Positions 28,640-41,989 of a stretch of DNA of 64,000 nt are shown here, piece after piece. A program made the translations under genes and the position numbers. The stretch's first letter is position 1, and the number at the start of each line of letters is the position of its first letter. Below the pieces are notes generated by a model. The model saw only the letters and a list, made by a program, of their open reading frames with translations. It was not told where the DNA came from and did not search any database. The DNA comes from Callorhinchus milii (lineage: Eukaryota), in the NCBI RefSeq assembly GCF_018977255.1, contig NW_024704743.1, forward strand, positions 8,682,001 through 8,746,000, in the 5' to 3' direction.

Positions 28640-29121
28640 TCCAGAGTGACCCCATCACTCCCACCCTTGCCCGACTCCACTGGCTCCCCATCCCTCAGAG
28701 GATCGAAATCAAGATCCTTGTCCTCACTTTCAAGGCCATCCATGGCCTTGCCTCCTCCTACCTCTCTGATCTGCTGACTCCCTACCAACCTGCCCGCTCC
28801 CTCTGTTCAGCGGACTTGTCTCTCCGTGTCTCCCACCCGACTAGCCCTATCATCGGTGGCCGGGCTTTCAGCCTCTCTGCCCCCACAGTCTGGAATTCCA
28901 TCCCAACAGTCCCTTCGCCTTGCTTCCTCCCTTGCCTCCTTCAAGGTCGGTCTCAAGACACTTCTTTGATCGTGACTTCAGTCACCCTCCCACTTCTCTG
29001 CCTTGCCTCCCCCCTACCCCACCCCTCCTCAATGCTCGGGTCCCGACTCTTGACTGTCCAGCGCTTTGGGACGTCCTCCCGACGTGAAAGACGCTCTATA
29101 AATGTAATTTATTGTTGTTGT
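28640..29121 (+). mobile_element. L2 LINE 3' fragment
   Basis: [22 protein letters not shown]; tail GGGACGTCCTCCCGACGTGAAA...TTGTTG. Confidence 0.88.
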
Positions 29122-29877
29122 TTGAAACACACTGCTTACTACAGGGCACCAAGGCTGAAAGCTAGAGAAACTACCATTCAGAGGGATGGATAAATGCTTC
29201 AGAGTGGTCTGTTTGACCATTTAGCAGATAATAATAATAATAATCCTTGCAATTGATAAAGCACCTTGTCATGAATTGTGCACACCAGTATTCTACAAGT
29301 AGATGCGGATTGAATGACCAACTTTGTTTATTTTGGAGGGATTATTACTCCCAGAAAGCGATCCGCCAATCGACTAACAACTGGGTTCCTAATTACTGCT
29401 AGGTAAACAGGCATGTGGAGCAAGAAAACTTGCCTAAGGTTTCACCCTGCCCGGGAAGAGTGGAAGTGGAACAAAGATAGGATGACTAACTTGATATAAA
29501 ATAATTACAATGTGTAATAATTCCATTTGAGATAGTGCCTTATAACATTGTTCAAATGTCTCAAAGGATTTCTGAAAAGTGTGGTGACTGTATTTGTAGA
29601 CAAATGTGGCAGCCAATTTGCGGACAGCAGACAATTTACACACAGCAATGTCCTTAAACAGCTAGGAGGTGAATGACCATTTTTTTAAAAATTAGGACTA
29701 TTGTCCCAGCATTGCTGGGAGAAACTCCCTTCTCTTTTCAAACAGTACCATGGGATCTTTAATAATAACATGAATAGGCATTTAGGGCCTCAATTTAACA
29801 TCTGAATGGCAGCACTCCCCATCACTGTACTGGAGCGTGAGCCTAGATTATTGTCTCCATGTCTGGTTTGAATCCAC

Positions 29878-29908
<31 letters not shown>

Positions 29909-30419
29909 AGCTGAGTCAGACTGCCATCTTTGTATTGAATTACACAAGAGGGTTTCCTTTTCTTTTAAATTTATGTGATATACAAAGAAAGATTGGAATT
30001 GGAAGCTGTTACACACCATAATAATAATAATCTTTGCATTTGATATAGCGCTTTATCACTCCTTTTTAAGATGTCCCAAAGCGCTTCACAGAATATATTG
30101 TAAAGTGAATTGATTGTATATTTTGTGGGCAAAACGGAGCAGCCAATTGCGCGCAGCACCTGAATATATAGCATATACCATTGTATTCAAGGAAACAGTA
30201 TTGTTTTCATTATGTGCTTAATGGAAGGGCTGTTCAGAAAATGTAGGAAATAAATATGTAATTAGTAGGCAATCTTTATTTGATGATTGATAACCAGTAG
30301 AATTGTCAGCAAGTGGTAGGAAATGAATGCCGGTCGCCATTACTCAGTTTGTGGATTAGTTGCCATACAGGTCCTGCGTTGTGACATGCACAAGTGAGGT
30401 TCAGATGAGGAAGACCCTT

Positions 30420-31180
30420 CCATGCCATGACCCACTTGTCTTCCCCCACCTCCGCAACATCGCCCGGCTCTGCCACTGCCTCTCCCCTCAGGCCGCCGAG
30501 CCCCTCATCAACACATTTATCACATCTAGGCTCCACTACGCCAAATCCCTGCTGGTTGGCCTTCCCAACTCTTCCCTCTCCAAGATGCAGGTTATTCCAG
30601 AAGTCTGCAGCTCGTGTCCGTTCCCACACCAGGCTCCATGACCCTACCACCCCCACACAACCCTGGCTCCACTGGCCCCCAGAGGGTAGAGTTCAAAATC
30701 CTTGTTCTCGCCTTAAGGGCCTCCACGACCTTGCTTGTTCCTACCTCTCTGACCTGCTAACCCCATATCAACCTGTTTGCTCCCTGCACTCAATAGGCTC
30801 CGGCCTGCACCAACCAGGCTCCAGCCTGCTCCAAATCCCCCGCACAGCCTGCCCTACCATTGGCAGTTGGGCCTTCAACCTCTCTGCCCCCACCCTTTGG
30901 AACTCCATCCCACAATCCCTTTGCCTTGCGATCCCTTGCCTCCTTTAAGTCACGTCTCAAGATCCTCCTCTTCGACCACGCCTTTGGCCACCCTCCTACC
31001 CCTACCTTCCCTGCCCTCCACCCTCCAAATCCCAACCCCCCCACCCAATCCCAATCCACACCCCAATTCCCTACCCCCCCAATCCCAACTCCCTGCTTGG
31101 GTCCAAATGCCTGACGGTCCAGAGCCTTGGGACATCCTCCTGATGTGAAAGGTGCTATACAAATGTAATTTTGTTGTTGA
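30420..31180 (+). mobile_element. L2 LINE 3' fragment
   Basis: [14 protein letters not shown] motifs and L2 tail. Confidence 0.85.
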
Positions 31181-32395
31181 TCTCATCCTTCCAGATCACC
31201 GACTCTGCCAACACAACAGCAAGCTGTTTCTTAAATTAGCCTCAATCAGCCTTCCTGGTAACTTGTTCAAGTTGTTAACTACCCTCTGGATAAATGAATA
31301 CTTATTGGTATCTATCCTGAAATTGCCTTTTGCAGCCCTGAACTTGTGCTATCTTGTTCTGTTGTCTCGGCATAGCAAAGTATTTTTCTGGATTTACTTC
31401 CTCAATCCCATTTAAATCTTACCTCTCTATGGTCCCCTCTTAAACATCTCTTTTGATGACTGAAGAGCCTATCTTATCTAAACTTTTCTTTTAACTCATT
31501 CCTTTGGAGATGAGCTTCAAATAGAAGCAGGAGACTGAGATTCCTGTTATGGTGGATTCATCCTGTTTCATTGAAGGGTGAAATACACAAACATCCTTAG
31601 CAACCCTGAAAAGGCTTTGCAAGGATTATTATTATATTGTTTCCAAGTTGATGAATTGCAACTTTATTTTCTAGCCATGTGCATTCTTTGCTGTCTGGGG
31701 AAGAGCTCATGGTAGTATGCAATGTGAAAACAGCATTGCTTGCCTATCTGGACATGCTGAACTCTCAACCTGTCTGTGACTAACCAGTGATCTATACACG
31801 GTTACTTACTTACAGTCAAAGACTTTCAAAATCCAACCCAGTATTTCATTGCAATCTTTTCACAATGTCTTTATAATTGGGATTCTGGTAAACATAAGTG
31901 AAGGTCACTATAGCTCGCCATCTGCGTAGGGTAGATCACATTGTGCACAATGGAAACACAAAAAAGAAAGACACGTTCATCAGCCTTCTGCAGGCAGAGA
32001 GTAGATTTTCTGATTTTCATTGTTTTATATGCCCATATACTGTCATATAGAAAATGCAGGTATAAATTTCAATTGGACCCTGTTGATGCTGGTTCCCATT
32101 TTAAAATGACAAAAACAATTTTCTCCCAGTGAATGAAAGTAACAATTGGAGAGAGCAGAGTCTTTTGACCTACCTGCACTGCACTTTCAAAAAAAAGTTT
32201 GTGAAGTGCAGACGTGGAAGTAGCTGTAACTCACACTTAGAGCAGAATTAAACCAGACATTGTAAGGAAGCAACTAAACAAAAGGATGACATCATGGGAT
32301 TTCCTCTATTACAGATGGCATCTTTCCTTTGGAGAGGTAGCAAGATGAATGGGAGGTTTAGCTGCGGAACCAAATAACTATGAGAGGAATGGCAT

Positions 32396-32710
32396 TGTAG
32401 CTCAGTGGTTAGAGCACTCGCTTTGCAAGCGAGAGACCTGAGTTCAATTCCAGGCAGAGGGCGAAACCTTGGGCAAGTTTCCTTACTCCACACGCGAAAT
32501 AATAATCCCTCCAAAAACCAAAAACAATAATAAAATTGGTCATTTTCAATCTACGACTGTTTGTGGGACATTGCTGTGCGCAATTGGCTGCCGCGTTCGC
32601 CCACAAATATACAGTCAATTCACTTTACGGTGTGTTCTGTGAAGCGCTTTGGGACGTCCTCCCGACGTGAAAAGTGCTATATCAAATGCAAGGATTATTA
32701 TTATTATTAT
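32396..32710 (+). mobile_element. Full-length SINE, same family
   Basis: Near-identical to 19902-20216; perfect CTCGC-TTTGCAA-GCGAG arm. Confidence 0.9.
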
Positions 32711-32749
32711 TGGATTGCTGCTATGATAGATGTTGGCTTGTGGCTGATG

Positions 32750-33420
32750 TTGCTTAGGTCCCTGACCAGGACCGCCATCCGCCATCTCCGTCACATTGCC
32801 TGCCTTCGAACGTACCTTACCCAAGAGGCAGGCAAGACACTCGTCCATGCGTTTATCACCACTCAAGAAGTTGAGTGGTGATGGACGCATGGACGAGTGT
32901 TCTGCCCTCTTTGCCGGTCTCCCCAGGTACATCACACACAGGATCCAGCTGATCCAAAATTCCACCACCTGCATACTCACCGTACTAAACTCTGTACCCC
33001 CATCACACCAGTTCTAGCCAGACTCCACTGGCTACAAATCGCTGAAGGATCAATTTCAAGATCCTCACACTTGTTTTCAAATCCCTTCCTGCCCTGGCAC
33101 ACCCCTACTTCTCTGGCCTGCTTAATCACCAACTCACAACCACTCGACTGGCTCCGGCCTTCCGCACATCACTCATGCCCCCCGTTCCACTGTTGGTGGC
33201 TCCGCCTTTAACCACTATGCCCCGAAACTCTGGAACATTCTTTTTCTATCCCTCCGCTTTGCCCCTTCCTTCCCCATCTTCAGGTCGCGCCTGAAGACCT
33301 TCCTATTTGACTGTTCCTATGGTCACCTCTCCCACCCCCTGGCTTGGCGTCTTGCTCCGCCATTGTCAAGCGCTCTGGGACGCTACCATGCATGAGGAGC
33401 ACTATATAAATGCAAGTTGG
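32750..33420 (+). mobile_element. L2 LINE 3' fragment, degenerate
   Basis: HLRHIACLR...TLVHAFIT, ITPVLARLHWL. Confidence 0.8.
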
Positions 33421-36400
33421 TGTACCCTCATATAGCATATGGGTCAGCCTGGCTTATCACACCTTTCATCATCACCACACGCTTCTCAAATATAGTAGGT
33501 CAAGAAAAAGCACGAGTCTTTGGGTATTGAGCTTATTTAGTCTAGAGAAAACATCAACATTTTTTCCAGTGACCTTGAACGTGTTGTGAGATACACACCA
33601 GTCTGTTCATGTTGATAGGGGAAACAAATATGTCTCATAGAGAGTTGAGGTTACCCATAGTGGTTAAGTGGAGAGCATGGTGAAAAAACATTGGAAATGA
33701 TTCATTAAGAAAAAGCAATATACTAAAACATCTCAAAACACTTTACAGTAATTATTTTCAAGTATAATTGTTTTGTGTAAGCGAACATACCAATCATTTT
33801 CCACACAGCAGAAGCAGGTTCCACACACAGCCACAAGGTGAATGTTACAGTATATTGGACAAGAACTTGTCCAGGGTTTTGGATTGTCCCCAAGTTAATT
33901 AGTGAATTGGGATTGATCTTCTACCCAAAGTGTGGAGCTGAAAACTCTTGTCCTGAGTTCATTCTCTATTCTTCTCTTCAGTCTGTCATTAAGAACTGCT
34001 CTGGTGTCTGGGCTGATCTGTTGCTTTTATTTTTCCCTATCTTGCTATGGTAAATACTTTATATTACAACTAAGTGGAGGGATTTAAAAAGAGATGGAGG
34101 AGCTTGAATTCAATTTGCTGGTGGATGGGGAGATAGTGGAGCAGAACAAGGATGGGACTGATAGACTTGAAGATCCTGGTGTGGGAAGGTCATTGCAGAG
34201 TTCTGAATAGTCCGCAGCTTGTGTAGGGAAGATCGGGAGAGTTCAGCAAGCAAGTCTGGATATGATAACAGTAACAACAACTTGCATTTATATAGCACTT
34301 TTTACGCCAGGTGGTATCTCTAAGAGATAAATGTGTGAATGAGAATCTCAGCAGTCCTGGGGGGCAGAGATAGTGGTGGAGGCGGGCAATGTTATGGAGG
34401 TGAGGGAAAGATGAGTCTGGATATGGGGTTTGAAGGACATTTCAGGTTCAAAAGAGACACCAGGTTAGAGATGGGTCAATAGCTAGAGAGCATGTTTTGA
34501 GGGGTCAAGGGAAGGTTTCTTTAGAAGGGGGTGATGACAGCAGTTTTGAAAGGAGTGGGTACTGTACTCGTGGAGAAGGCGAGATTAACAATGTCAGCTA
34601 GCGGGGTGCAAGGAGGGAAAGCTAGATGGCGAGGAACGGTTTGGGGATGGGTCAAGGGAGGAGGTTGTGGGTTTCATGTTGGGAGGGAGGAGAGAGATGC
34701 ACGAGAGACAGGGTCAAAGGTGTGAAAGGAAGGGGATGGAGTCTGCAGGGAGGGGGAAGAGGGGAGTGGGGATGACGGAGGCAAGCAGAGTGAATCCTCT
34801 CAATGTTGGACTTGAGGAAGCGCTTGTGTTTTGAATTGAAACATGATGGAAAGAGCAGGGGTAGGTGGGTGAAGGAGGAGGTTCATGATAGAGAAACAAA
34901 CATTCACTACACTTTACAGAAAGTGCTTCGAGACATTCTCAACCCTATTTTCCCTATAACAAATGAAAGGATGAAGATAATGATTAGGAATGAAGGAAAA
35001 AAATAGCTCTTAAGTTCCATCTATTGTTCAAATCATGAATTGCAATTTTTGGTATTGTTATTCTACCAAATCACTAATACGACAGTGCTCTTTGTCATTG
35101 GTGGTGTTAGTTAACTTGAATACCTCGATATAAAATATATGAGACACAGGGAAGTAATTTAAAAAAGTTATAATGAATTTATGGTTGGGTCTGTAGTTAA
35201 ATAAGATTGTGAAATAAAGCATAATTGTTTCTGTATATTTTCTGAAAATAAGCTCAAGATTCCAGTAATTTGCTTTGTAATACAGATGAGATGCAATTAT
35301 TAAGTATTGAAATTTGTTGGAACTTTGCCTGTGGAAAATGTAATTAAGTTGGATGCTTCTTATTTGACAATGTTGCATAAAAGATCTCTTTAATTTAATA
35401 TAAAGTGGGCTGTGGGGCTAAAAGCTGATTTTTTTTAAAGCAAAAAGTCAATAATTATACAGACTAACTCAAAATTAATTGGTGGCTGCATAATTATCAT
35501 TTGATGTTTTAGGATAGTAAAACCTACACAGATGCAAGCAACTCACATCGTTTCAGATTTAGTGAGCAGAGATTCATCATCGACTCTCTGGTAGCATTCA
35601 TTAATTTAATTCCTGTCCCCCATCCTATGGCAATTTACTTTAACAAAAATTCAAATACTTTCTTGATACCATCCAGTTTCAAATTAACATCATTTTTGTA
35701 AGTAAATCAAATGTAATTAGCAGAACTGGTTTATTATGGTTTAATAGTGCAATAATTTAACAATCTTGTAAGTCTTGTAATGCTGCAGGTTACAGTCATG
35801 AGCATGAGTTATGAGCAGTGACTTAAATTCCCTATATGGAATAGTCGCTGTTAATTTCAAATTTCTAGAATTTGCTTTAATTCAAGGTTGTTTCTTGGTT
35901 CACATCACCTTAATAATTATGAAATAATTCTCATGTTTGGCTAGTAGTGAAATCACAAGACATGTCTTTACTCGTACAGTTATGGGATTGTGGAATTCGC
36001 TTCCTCAAAGGACTGAGGAAATGGGAATGGTTAAGGTGGACGTAGATGAATATTTGGCTAGTAAGAGTCTTGGGGAGAGAGTTCCAGATTTCTACTATGC
36101 TCTGGGTGAAAAACTGCCTCCTAATTTCACTCCTAAATGGCCTAGCTCTAATTTTAAGACAATCCCCCTTGTTCTGGATTCCCCCACCAGAGCAAATAGT
36201 TTCTCTGTATCTACCCTATGGAATCCCTTTATTATTTTGAAAACCTCAATCAGATCACCCCTCAACCTTCTAAACTTAAGAGAATTGAGACCAAGTTTAT
36301 GCAACCTGTCCTTATAATTTAACCCTGTTAGTCCTGGTATCATTCTGCATTGCATTTATGTTGCAACAACTTGCATTTTATATCGCGTCTTGGAATGCTC

Positions 36401-38248
36401 AACCGTGGCTTACTCACATTGTTGTGTTCTTATTGGATATTATGACTATAATGTGAAACAAAAACAAAAGTGCTTCTAACTCAGAGACAATACTGCTACC
36501 AGCTAAGATGACCCCTGCTATGAGTGTATTGGAAGTGTGTTGAGGAAATACTTTAAACTGCTGATTGGCATTTTTAATTAGTTTGAATCAAAGTGAAATT
36601 AGGGTGTAACTCTTTCAAAAAGGGAAGGTGAATTTCTTAATTAAAAAGCAGAAGGAAAGACTTATATTTTGTCTCCCTCTACTCACTGTTCAGTGTTCTC
36701 GTAATCTTCTTGTTGTTCTCACAGTGTCTCGGCGGGCACTTCAATGCAGTGGAGGAGTGTCAGAGTGTCATAATAATAATAATAATCCTTGCTTTTAATA
36801 TAGCGCTTTATCATGTCTTCTCGACGTCTCAAAGTACTTCATAGAATACACTGTAAAGTTAATTGACTGTGTTTTGTGGGCGAAACGTGGCAGCCAATTG
36901 CGCACAGCAGTGTCCCACAAACAGTCGTGGATTAAGTGAGCAAATTTTTTTTGGGAATGAATTATTACCTCCAGAAAAGCGATCTTGTCTATAATATTCA
37001 AACAAAAGTGATTCTAACCCAGAGACAACACTGCTACCAGCTCAGCTGACCCCTGATGTAAGTGTATTGAAACTGCATCCCTGAGACCCGGTGAAACTGA
37101 TCGCCACATGGCTGTTTGTTGGATGTTGTTAAGTGCTAAATGGCTGCTGTGTTTACCTCCAAAAACAGTTTAACAGAAACTACTTGTGAAGTGTTTTGGG
37201 GCATAGCAATGTGATAAATCATCATAAAAATGCAAGTACTTTCAGGCCTTTCGAAGGCCTAAAACCATGTGTGCTGCTCATGCCATAGCAGTTTCCTGAT
37301 GCCTCCCCAGTTTTATTTGGAGGTGCAATAAAAAATAAACAGGAATAGGATTAGGTCATTTGGCCCATCAAGGCTAGTTCGACCACTTTATCAGATCCTG
37401 GCAGATTTTTAAAAAACATTTCCCTTTTCTCCATGTTTCCTCAATACCAGCTTTCTATTACCTCTACCACTCTCACTTTAACTTGCTTTCATGGGTTTAC
37501 CTATCATAACTAAAATGGGGGGCAGGAAGAATATACAGCTCTGCTCCTTATGAACGAGGAAGTGCAATTCACCTCTTTCTCCCGGAGTACCATTTCTGTA
37601 GGAAATGGAGTCAAACAGTACAGTGCTATTGAGATTAATGTAGCGCCTTTCAAGTCAGGAGGTTGTCTCAACGCACTTTACATAGCCACCTGGGCACTCA
37701 AGCTAAAGGAGGGAACTGAAGAAAATAAAGGAGGGAGGAGGGAAAGATTATCAAAAGCATTGTCAATGACTTATGTCTTGAAAATGCTCTTTGTTTTGGA
37801 GGTAATAACAAGTTACCAAGTTCACATCTGGTTGTTACCATCAGTCTCAGTTACAGGCACGCTATTGCAATAGAACCGAGCAAAGGTTGACAGAGATTGA
37901 ACACAGGATGGGTGGGGATGTGGGGGTTAACACCTTGGGAATAGAATAGGAGTTTGTGTATGTTGAGAGAAGGGGAAGGGAGGGGCTTGGAGAGCTTGAG
38001 GAATCGCTGCTGCGGGATTGTGCAACATCACAGAAAGAGAAAGCAGCTAAGAAGTTTGTGATCAGAGATAAAACACCTCCTGACTTGTCACACAAGGAAT
38101 GAGAATCACAGCACTTCCAGAACCTCACAAGCACCGGCAGAATACAAATGGAAGTCGGAGCAGCTGTAACTATTGACTTTATATATTTTTAAACTGTTTT
38201 CTGCCTTTGATAATTAATATTCTGCCTGTCTCTGCCTTGCCTTTTCAG

Positions 38249-38395
38249 TTTTACTGCAACTTAATACCCTTAAAAGCTGTTAAAGCTGAACATTTGGAAT
38301 CCCTTCATCTATTTCTGCAACAGCCTAGGTTTGTAAAGTGGCAAATCAGACTGCTTGCTGCTCACTTTATTCAGGGTGACCGGTATCTATCAGTG
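38249..38395 (+). other. Candidate 5'UTR exon of the integrin gene
   Basis: Strong pyrimidine tract + CAG (38246-38248), GTG|GTGAGC donor, no ATG, non-repetitive; the ATG exon needs an upstream non-coding exon. No transcript evidence. Confidence 0.22.
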
Positions 38396-38467
38396 GTGAG
38401 CTGTCAGATTTTTTTGGATTTAGCCATTTATGCATAAAGTTTAGAAATTCAAACCAGCTACGTTATA

Positions 38468-38578
38468 CAGGGTGACCAAAAAGTCGTGATACCATTACGT
38501 TGCCTAATAAGTCTTAATGAAAGGATGATTTTTTTTATTAGATAATAGGGCAGTTATCATGACTTTTTGCTCACCCTG
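38468..38578. mobile_element. Tc1/mariner-type MITE, 111 bp
   Basis: 24-bp TIRs CAGGGTGACCAAAAAGTCGTGATA (22 of 24 match) flanked by TA on both sides. Confidence 0.88.
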
Positions 38579-38727
38579 TAGATCTAAATGTAAATCCCCA
38601 GCATACAGAAATGTACATTATTCAGTTCTTGTAAACACTGCATGACTTTGTTTTAGTTTATGCTGTTCATGTTATCCAAGTACAGGACACGTTTTGTGAA
38701 TAGAGGAGTATAGGAGAGGGGAATAGG

Positions 38728-39490
38728 AGGGAAAAGCCCTGTTTTATGTAAGTGTTGCTTCCTCCCCTGGAAGTATGTCCCAAGCAGGTGATGTTCCTGC
38801 CATTGTTGATCAGGTCACAAAACCATATCTATGTTAATGTTAAGGGTAAGTAAACAATAACAACTTGCGTTTTTTGTGGGGTTTTTGGTCAGCTGGGTGT
38901 CTGACACTTGCGGAAACCCATCACCATGCTTAAGAGTATCCAAACCAAGCTGCGAATTCCATGTATCCCACTTATACATGGAAATCCCAGAGATAAATTG
39001 TTGGAATGCAATGTGCACTCTCTTCCTGGAAGGACGCACCTACTTACCTAATTCTGGAAAATATTAGGTGCAGGTTGGCAAGAGCCAAGGCTTGGGAACC
39101 CCAAAGTGTGCGTTGGGGTAACTGCTGGAATCCAGCTAAAACCACATAATTTGCCATTGAAAGCACTGTCTGGCAAACTTTCCTGTTGTTTGTCCAGCTA
39201 GGACCACCCTACCTGTTAGGGCTTTGGCTGGCAGGGTTAATAGGAGCTGAATGAGAGGATTCCCTGCCCCTCGTGACTAATCTGCCCTTCCAGGTCCTGC
39301 CAGGTTGGCTGTGCTGTCATCAGCAGAGCCTTGGAATACTGCGGACCCGCCTGGCTCAGGGATGGACTACCGAGCCACAGAGAGTTGGCTCGATTCCAAC
39401 ATTCCATTACCAAACATGTCACCTTGGAGCCACTTCAGCTCCAAGGAGTCCCTGCTTACCTCCTCCCCCCCCCCCCCAGGAGGATAGTTA
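38728..39490 (+). repeat. Unclassified ~750-bp dispersed repeat; other copies ~100-320 +, ~25560-26075 -, ~54250-54580 +, ~54860-55170 +, ~56780-57375 +, ~62830-63234 -
   Basis: Shared blocks AACCCATCACCATGCTTAAG, AGGTGCAGGTTGGCAAGAGCCAAGG, TTGTCCAGCTAGGACCACCC, CATGTCACCTTGGAGCCA; strand is arbitrary. Confidence 0.8.
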
Positions 39491-41353
39491 CAAAGTTGCT
39501 AAAATTGCTAAAAATAGACCACAAAAAAAATAAAAAGAAGCCCAAGTTAAATTATTCCTGACCTCTCTCTATCTCCCACCCTCTGCCTGTGAGACAACTT
39601 CAGGATAAATACCCACCAGTTATTTATAGCTGTTTTAATTAGAGTTGTCTAGCCTGAAATGGATGCACTTATGCTGCATTTAGAACCTATGAAATTTTAA
39701 CTGCAAAATTGTTCAGTGAGTTCTTCAGGCAGTAAATTGTGGCGTAACACTAATACTGTTGTCCGCCAGTCTGCTATGATATCACCACTTAAACGTGTTA
39801 ATGGAAGCCGATCAGTTGAACAGGATTGGTGAAGCTAACTATGAGCAGACAGTGAGAAGAGTCTAACCCTATATGGACACACTGTAGTGCTGTGAAGAAC
39901 TTGTGCCAGAACAGCTTTGTTATTGTTAAAAATTGCAATCCTAGAGGAATGTTACCATATTGAGAATTATTTTGTCAATATTGCACCTTATTCCAATTTA
40001 GGTACAATGATTTCAGTCAGTTTGGGGTGAGGGATTGTTAATGATAGCTTATTAAATGGTGCATATACTGAATATAGGAACAAGGTCTTGTCCTGCATAA
40101 ATAACAATTCTGATAGATGCTTTCTGGTTTTAAAAATGTGATCTGCTTACTGTATATCTTTCTAAATTTTATATAAGGTATCGCTGCAATAGCAACAACA
40201 ACAAATTACATTCATATAGTGCCTTTCATGTCGGGAGGACGTCCCAAGGCGCTGAAACTAGCAATAGCTAGGTTGAAAGCAACCTAGAAATAGTTTGATT
40301 TTAACATTTATTGTACTATTGTGTTCTGAGCACTACCCCGTTTGAAAGGGTGCTAAATAATTGCAAGACATTGTTGTTATTACAGTTTTCATGTTCAGCT
40401 TTGGTGTCTAGTTCTGATTTTTGTGGTAATAACAGCATCATTTATTGAAAAATGCATTATTAGAGGGAAAATGTGATATGTGAACATCAGCGCATCACAT
40501 TTCATTCCCCACCCCCCTAAATTTTTAATTACATTTTTTATTATCAAGGTAAGAAATGTTACCTCTAGTAAATTCAACAGTTTTTATTTGAGCCAATCTT
40601 TTTTGTTTTCAGCCCAATTATAGCACAGTGGACCTCAGAATAATACTCCTTCTATTTTGTCTCCCAACATGGTCAGGTTCTATAATTATAAAATGATATC
40701 TTCCTGAAAGTAGGGATCTGTTCATTTGTTATATAATGGGCCAGATTGCTATTTTTAACAATAAATGTAAGACAGACTCCCTCAGCCCCTATCTCAGAAG
40801 AGAGCCCCTATTGCAATGGTGTGAAATTGTTTTCATTTCCCAGAATACTGTCATGGCCTATACTTTCTAGCAAAAAGATGAAGACTGCCCACCTTACATG
40901 AAAACCTTGCAGGCAAAATTACATTTGTAAAGCACCTTTCACATCGGGAGGACATCTCAAGGTGCTGAACAGTCAAGGATTGAGACCCGAGCAGGGAGGT
41001 GGTAGTTGAGAACAGGAGGGTGGAGGACAGAGAGGGTAGGAGTGTGGCTGAAGGCACGGTTGAAGAGGACGGTCTTGAGACGTGCCTTGAAGAAGGCAAG
41101 GGAGAGAGTAAGGCAAAGGGAATGTGGGATGGAGTTCCAGAGGGTTGGGGCAGAGAGGCTGAAGACCTGACTGACAATGGAGGGGTAGGCCGGGTGGGGG
41201 ACATGGCACAGGCCGGTATTCTATTTAAATAGAATACTTTCATGCTTGTCCAAACCTGTACCTATTTCTTGAGCTGGAATGTGGTATGCTTCAACAACCA
41301 AGATGAAGCAGCTGTTCATACCACAAAATAGTCCACCCAGTGCTCTTTATTAT

Positions 41354-41880
41354 CATAGAATCATAGAATTATACAGCACAGAAGGAGGCCATTTTTGGCC
41401 CATCGTGTCTGTGCCAACTCTTTGAAAAGAGCTATCCAAATCAATCCCACTCCCCCACTCTCTCCCCATAACCCTGCAAACTTGTCCTCCCCAAATAATT
41501 ATCTACTCACTTAAAAGTTGTTATCGAATCGGCTTCCACCACCCTTTCAGGCCATGCATTCCAGATCCGAACAACTCGCTGTGTGAAAAATTTCTCCGCA
41601 CCTCCCCTCTGTTTCTTTGAACAATTATTTTAAATCTGTGTCCTCAGGTTACCGACCCACCCGCCAGTGGAAATAGTTTCTCCTTTTTCACCTTATCGAA
41701 TCCCCTCATAATTTTGAAAACTTCTGGCCACGTGTCTGGCCATTTTACCAGTCTGTCTATGTCCCCTTGCAGTCTGCTACTCCTCCTCACAGTTTATTAC
41801 TTTTCCTAGCATAGTATCACCTGCAAACTTGGAAATTGTATTCCCTACACACCAAGTCCAGGTCATTTATATTTATACTA
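41354..41880 (-). mobile_element. CR1 LINE 3' end, just upstream of the ATG exon (other CR1 pieces 24660-25130 +, 36065-36350 -)
   Basis: CATAGAATCATAGAAT tail and reverse homology to 21170-21526. Confidence 0.85.
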
Positions 41881-41919
41881 CTTTTTAAAAAAATTGAAAA
41901 CTGCTCTTTTTCATTTCAG

Positions 41920-41989
41920 ATGTATTTGAAGCATATCTTGTGCGCGGTGCTGGTTTGCTGCTGGATTCATCATGGATATGCTCAATTGG
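41920..41989 (+). CDS. ITGB1-like: First coding exon, signal peptide [23 protein letters not shown]
   Basis: Polypyrimidine tract + CAG immediately followed by ATG, hydrophobic leader, G|GTAATT donor, phase 1 joins the next exon in frame. Confidence 0.85.

Noticed and set aside
32396..32465. tRNA-Ala(TGC)-like sequence (also 19902, 44856, 43085-43157, 56690-56757)
   Set aside because: No proper acceptor stem; continues into the SINE body and tail, so these are SINE heads, not tRNA genes.
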